From: an uncultured Aliiroseovarius sp.
Lineage (GTDB): Bacteria > Pseudomonadota > Alphaproteobacteria > Rhodobacterales > Rhodobacteraceae
Direction: 5' to 3'
Length of the DNA stretch: 64,000 nucleotides
Assembly: GCF_947492455.1 (NCBI RefSeq)
Contig: NZ_CANLNB010000004.1
Span: 460,489-524,488 of the forward strand
Shown here: piece by piece, positions 63,007-64,000 of the stretch
Numbering within the stretch: the stretch's first letter is position 1
Layout: the number at the start of each line of letters is the position of its first letter
The notes under the pieces: generated by a model
The model's database searches: none
The model's input: the letters and a program-made list of their open reading frames with translations, nothing else
What the model was told of the DNA's origin: nothing
Translations under genes and position numbers: made by a program

Positions 63007-64000
63007 ATGAGCCGCTTTGCTGCCCCCATCGCCGAACAAATCTGGGATATGAAATATCGCTTGAAGAAGGCCGATGGGACGCCTCAGGATCAGACGGTTG
63101 AAGACACGTGGCGCCGCATCGCGCGCGCCCTGTCCGCGTCGGAACCCAAGCAGGAAGAGCGATTCTATAACGCGCTGGAAGATTTCAAATACCTGCCCGC
63201 TGGCCGCATCACTGCGGGTGCTGGCACGGGCCGTGCCGTGACCCTATTCAATTGCTTCGTTATGGGCACCATCCCGGACAGCATGTCGGGCATTTTCGAC
63301 ATGCTGAAAGAGGCCGCGCTGACCATGCAGCAGGGCGGCGGGATCGGCTATGACTTTTCGACCATCCGTCCGCGTGGCGCGGATGTGATGGGCGTCGCCG
63401 CAGATGCATCCGGCCCGCTGTCCTTCATGGACGTGTGGGACGCGATGTGCCGCACGATCATGTCGGCAGGCTCGCGCCGTGGGGCGATGATGGCCACCAT
63501 GCGCTGTGACCACCCGGACATTCAGGACTTCATCACCGCGAAATCGGACGCGGCCCGTCTGCGCATGTTCAACATGTCGGTTCTGGTCACCGATGACTTC
63601 ATGGAAGCCGTGAAGTCGGATGGCAGCTGGGATCTGAAATTCAACGGCACCGTTTATCACACGGTCGAGGCGCGTGATCTGTGGAACAAGATCATGAAGG
63701 CGACCTATGACTACGCCGAGCCGGGCGTGATCTTCATCGACCGCATCAACCAGATGAACAACCTGAATTATTGCGAGACGATCGCCGCCACCAACCCCTG
63801 TGGCGAACAGCCCCTGCCGCCTTATGGCGCCTGTCTGCTGGGCTCTATCAACCTTGCAAAAATGGTCAAGGATCCGTTTGAAGAAACCGCCGAACTGGAC
63901 GGCGACGCGCTGACCGAGCTGGTTTCGACTGCTGTGCGCATGATGGACAACGTGGTGGACGAAAGCCGCTTCCCGCTGGAGGCTCAGGCGCAAGAAGCCC
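63007..64000 (+). CDS. nrdJ: Class II (adenosylcobalamin-dependent) ribonucleotide reductase, N-terminal part; runs off the right edge
   Basis: Not in ORF track. Manual translation gives MSRFAAPIAEQIWDMKYRLKKADGTPQDQTVEDTWRRIARAL...LPAGRI...FNCFV...QQGGGIGYDFSTIRPRG...NPCGEQPLPPYGACLLGSINL. Confidence 0.9.
   Translation, partial: MSRFAAPIAEQIWDMKYRLKKADGTPQDQTVEDTWRRIARALSASEPKQEERFYNALEDFKYLPAGRITAGAGTGRAVTLFNCFVMGTIPDSMSGIFDMLKEAALTMQQGGGIGYDFSTIRPRGADVMGVAADASGPLSFMDVWDAMCRTIMSAGSRRGAMMATMRCDHPDIQDFITAKSDAARLRMFNMSVLVTDDFMEAVKSDGSWDLKFNGTVYHTVEARDLWNKIMKATYDYAEPGVIFIDRINQMNNLNYCETIAATNPCGEQPLPPYGACLLGSINLAKMVKDPFEETAELDGDALTELVSTAVRMMDNVVDESRFPLEAQAQEA

Noticed and set aside
1-64000. CRISPR arrays, IS elements/transposases, prophage genes, toxin-antitoxin pairs, known defence systems
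   Set aside because: I scanned for regularly spaced direct repeats, terminal inverted repeats with transposase-like ORFs, and small adjacent ORF pairs, and recognised none. The only dispersed repeat is the two-copy structured element reported above.

Overview
High-GC alphaproteobacterial chromosome segment. Hand counts give about 65% G+C in core genes and about 48% in the quorum-sensing region. Gene content and order look like a Rhodobacteraceae (roseobacter-group) genome: ecm/meaA, acyltransferase, ccr, luxR, luxI; PutA/PutR; a BMP-type nucleoside ABC operon; class II NrdJ. That placement is from memory, not from a search. I call about 62 protein genes (two run off the window edges and are absent from the ORF track), one tRNA-Leu(UAA), several hairpin terminators and a few candidate operators. 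I see no rRNA, CRISPR, IS element, integrase or phage gene. Main blocks: (1) 1-21.3 kb housekeeping and amino-acid genes (MsbA-like ABC, valS, pgm, metF/metR, suhB, putA/putR); (2) 21.5-32.9 kb reductive pyrimidine catabolism locus (preT-preA, dihydropyrimidinase, M20 carbamoyl-amidohydrolase, a dedicated ABC importer, two tandem RutR-like TetR genes); (3) 33-41.9 kb mixed genes (ychF, trpA, DUF2478/DUF1989, creD, deoD, two secreted proteins); (4) 41.9-48.9 kb ethylmalonyl-CoA pathway genes followed by a lower-GC luxR-luxI locus with an unannotated small ORF; (5) 48.9-64 kb helicase, SDR, TauE pair, nucleoside ABC operon plus PNP, rimI-tsaB-nifU, usp, BCAT, nrdJ. The window is mostly core metabolism, and I do not see a convincing novel multi-gene system. 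The items most worth follow-up are: the small acidic ORF overlapping luxR in the low-GC QS island; a structured intergenic repeat family with two copies, both between convergent genes; RutR-box-like and 13-bp perfect palindromes in the pyrimidine locus; a possible SD-sequestering leader plus NrdR-like box before nrdJ; and an orphan Flp-type pilin gene. Many long ORFs in the track are antisense artefacts of high GC and are rejected.
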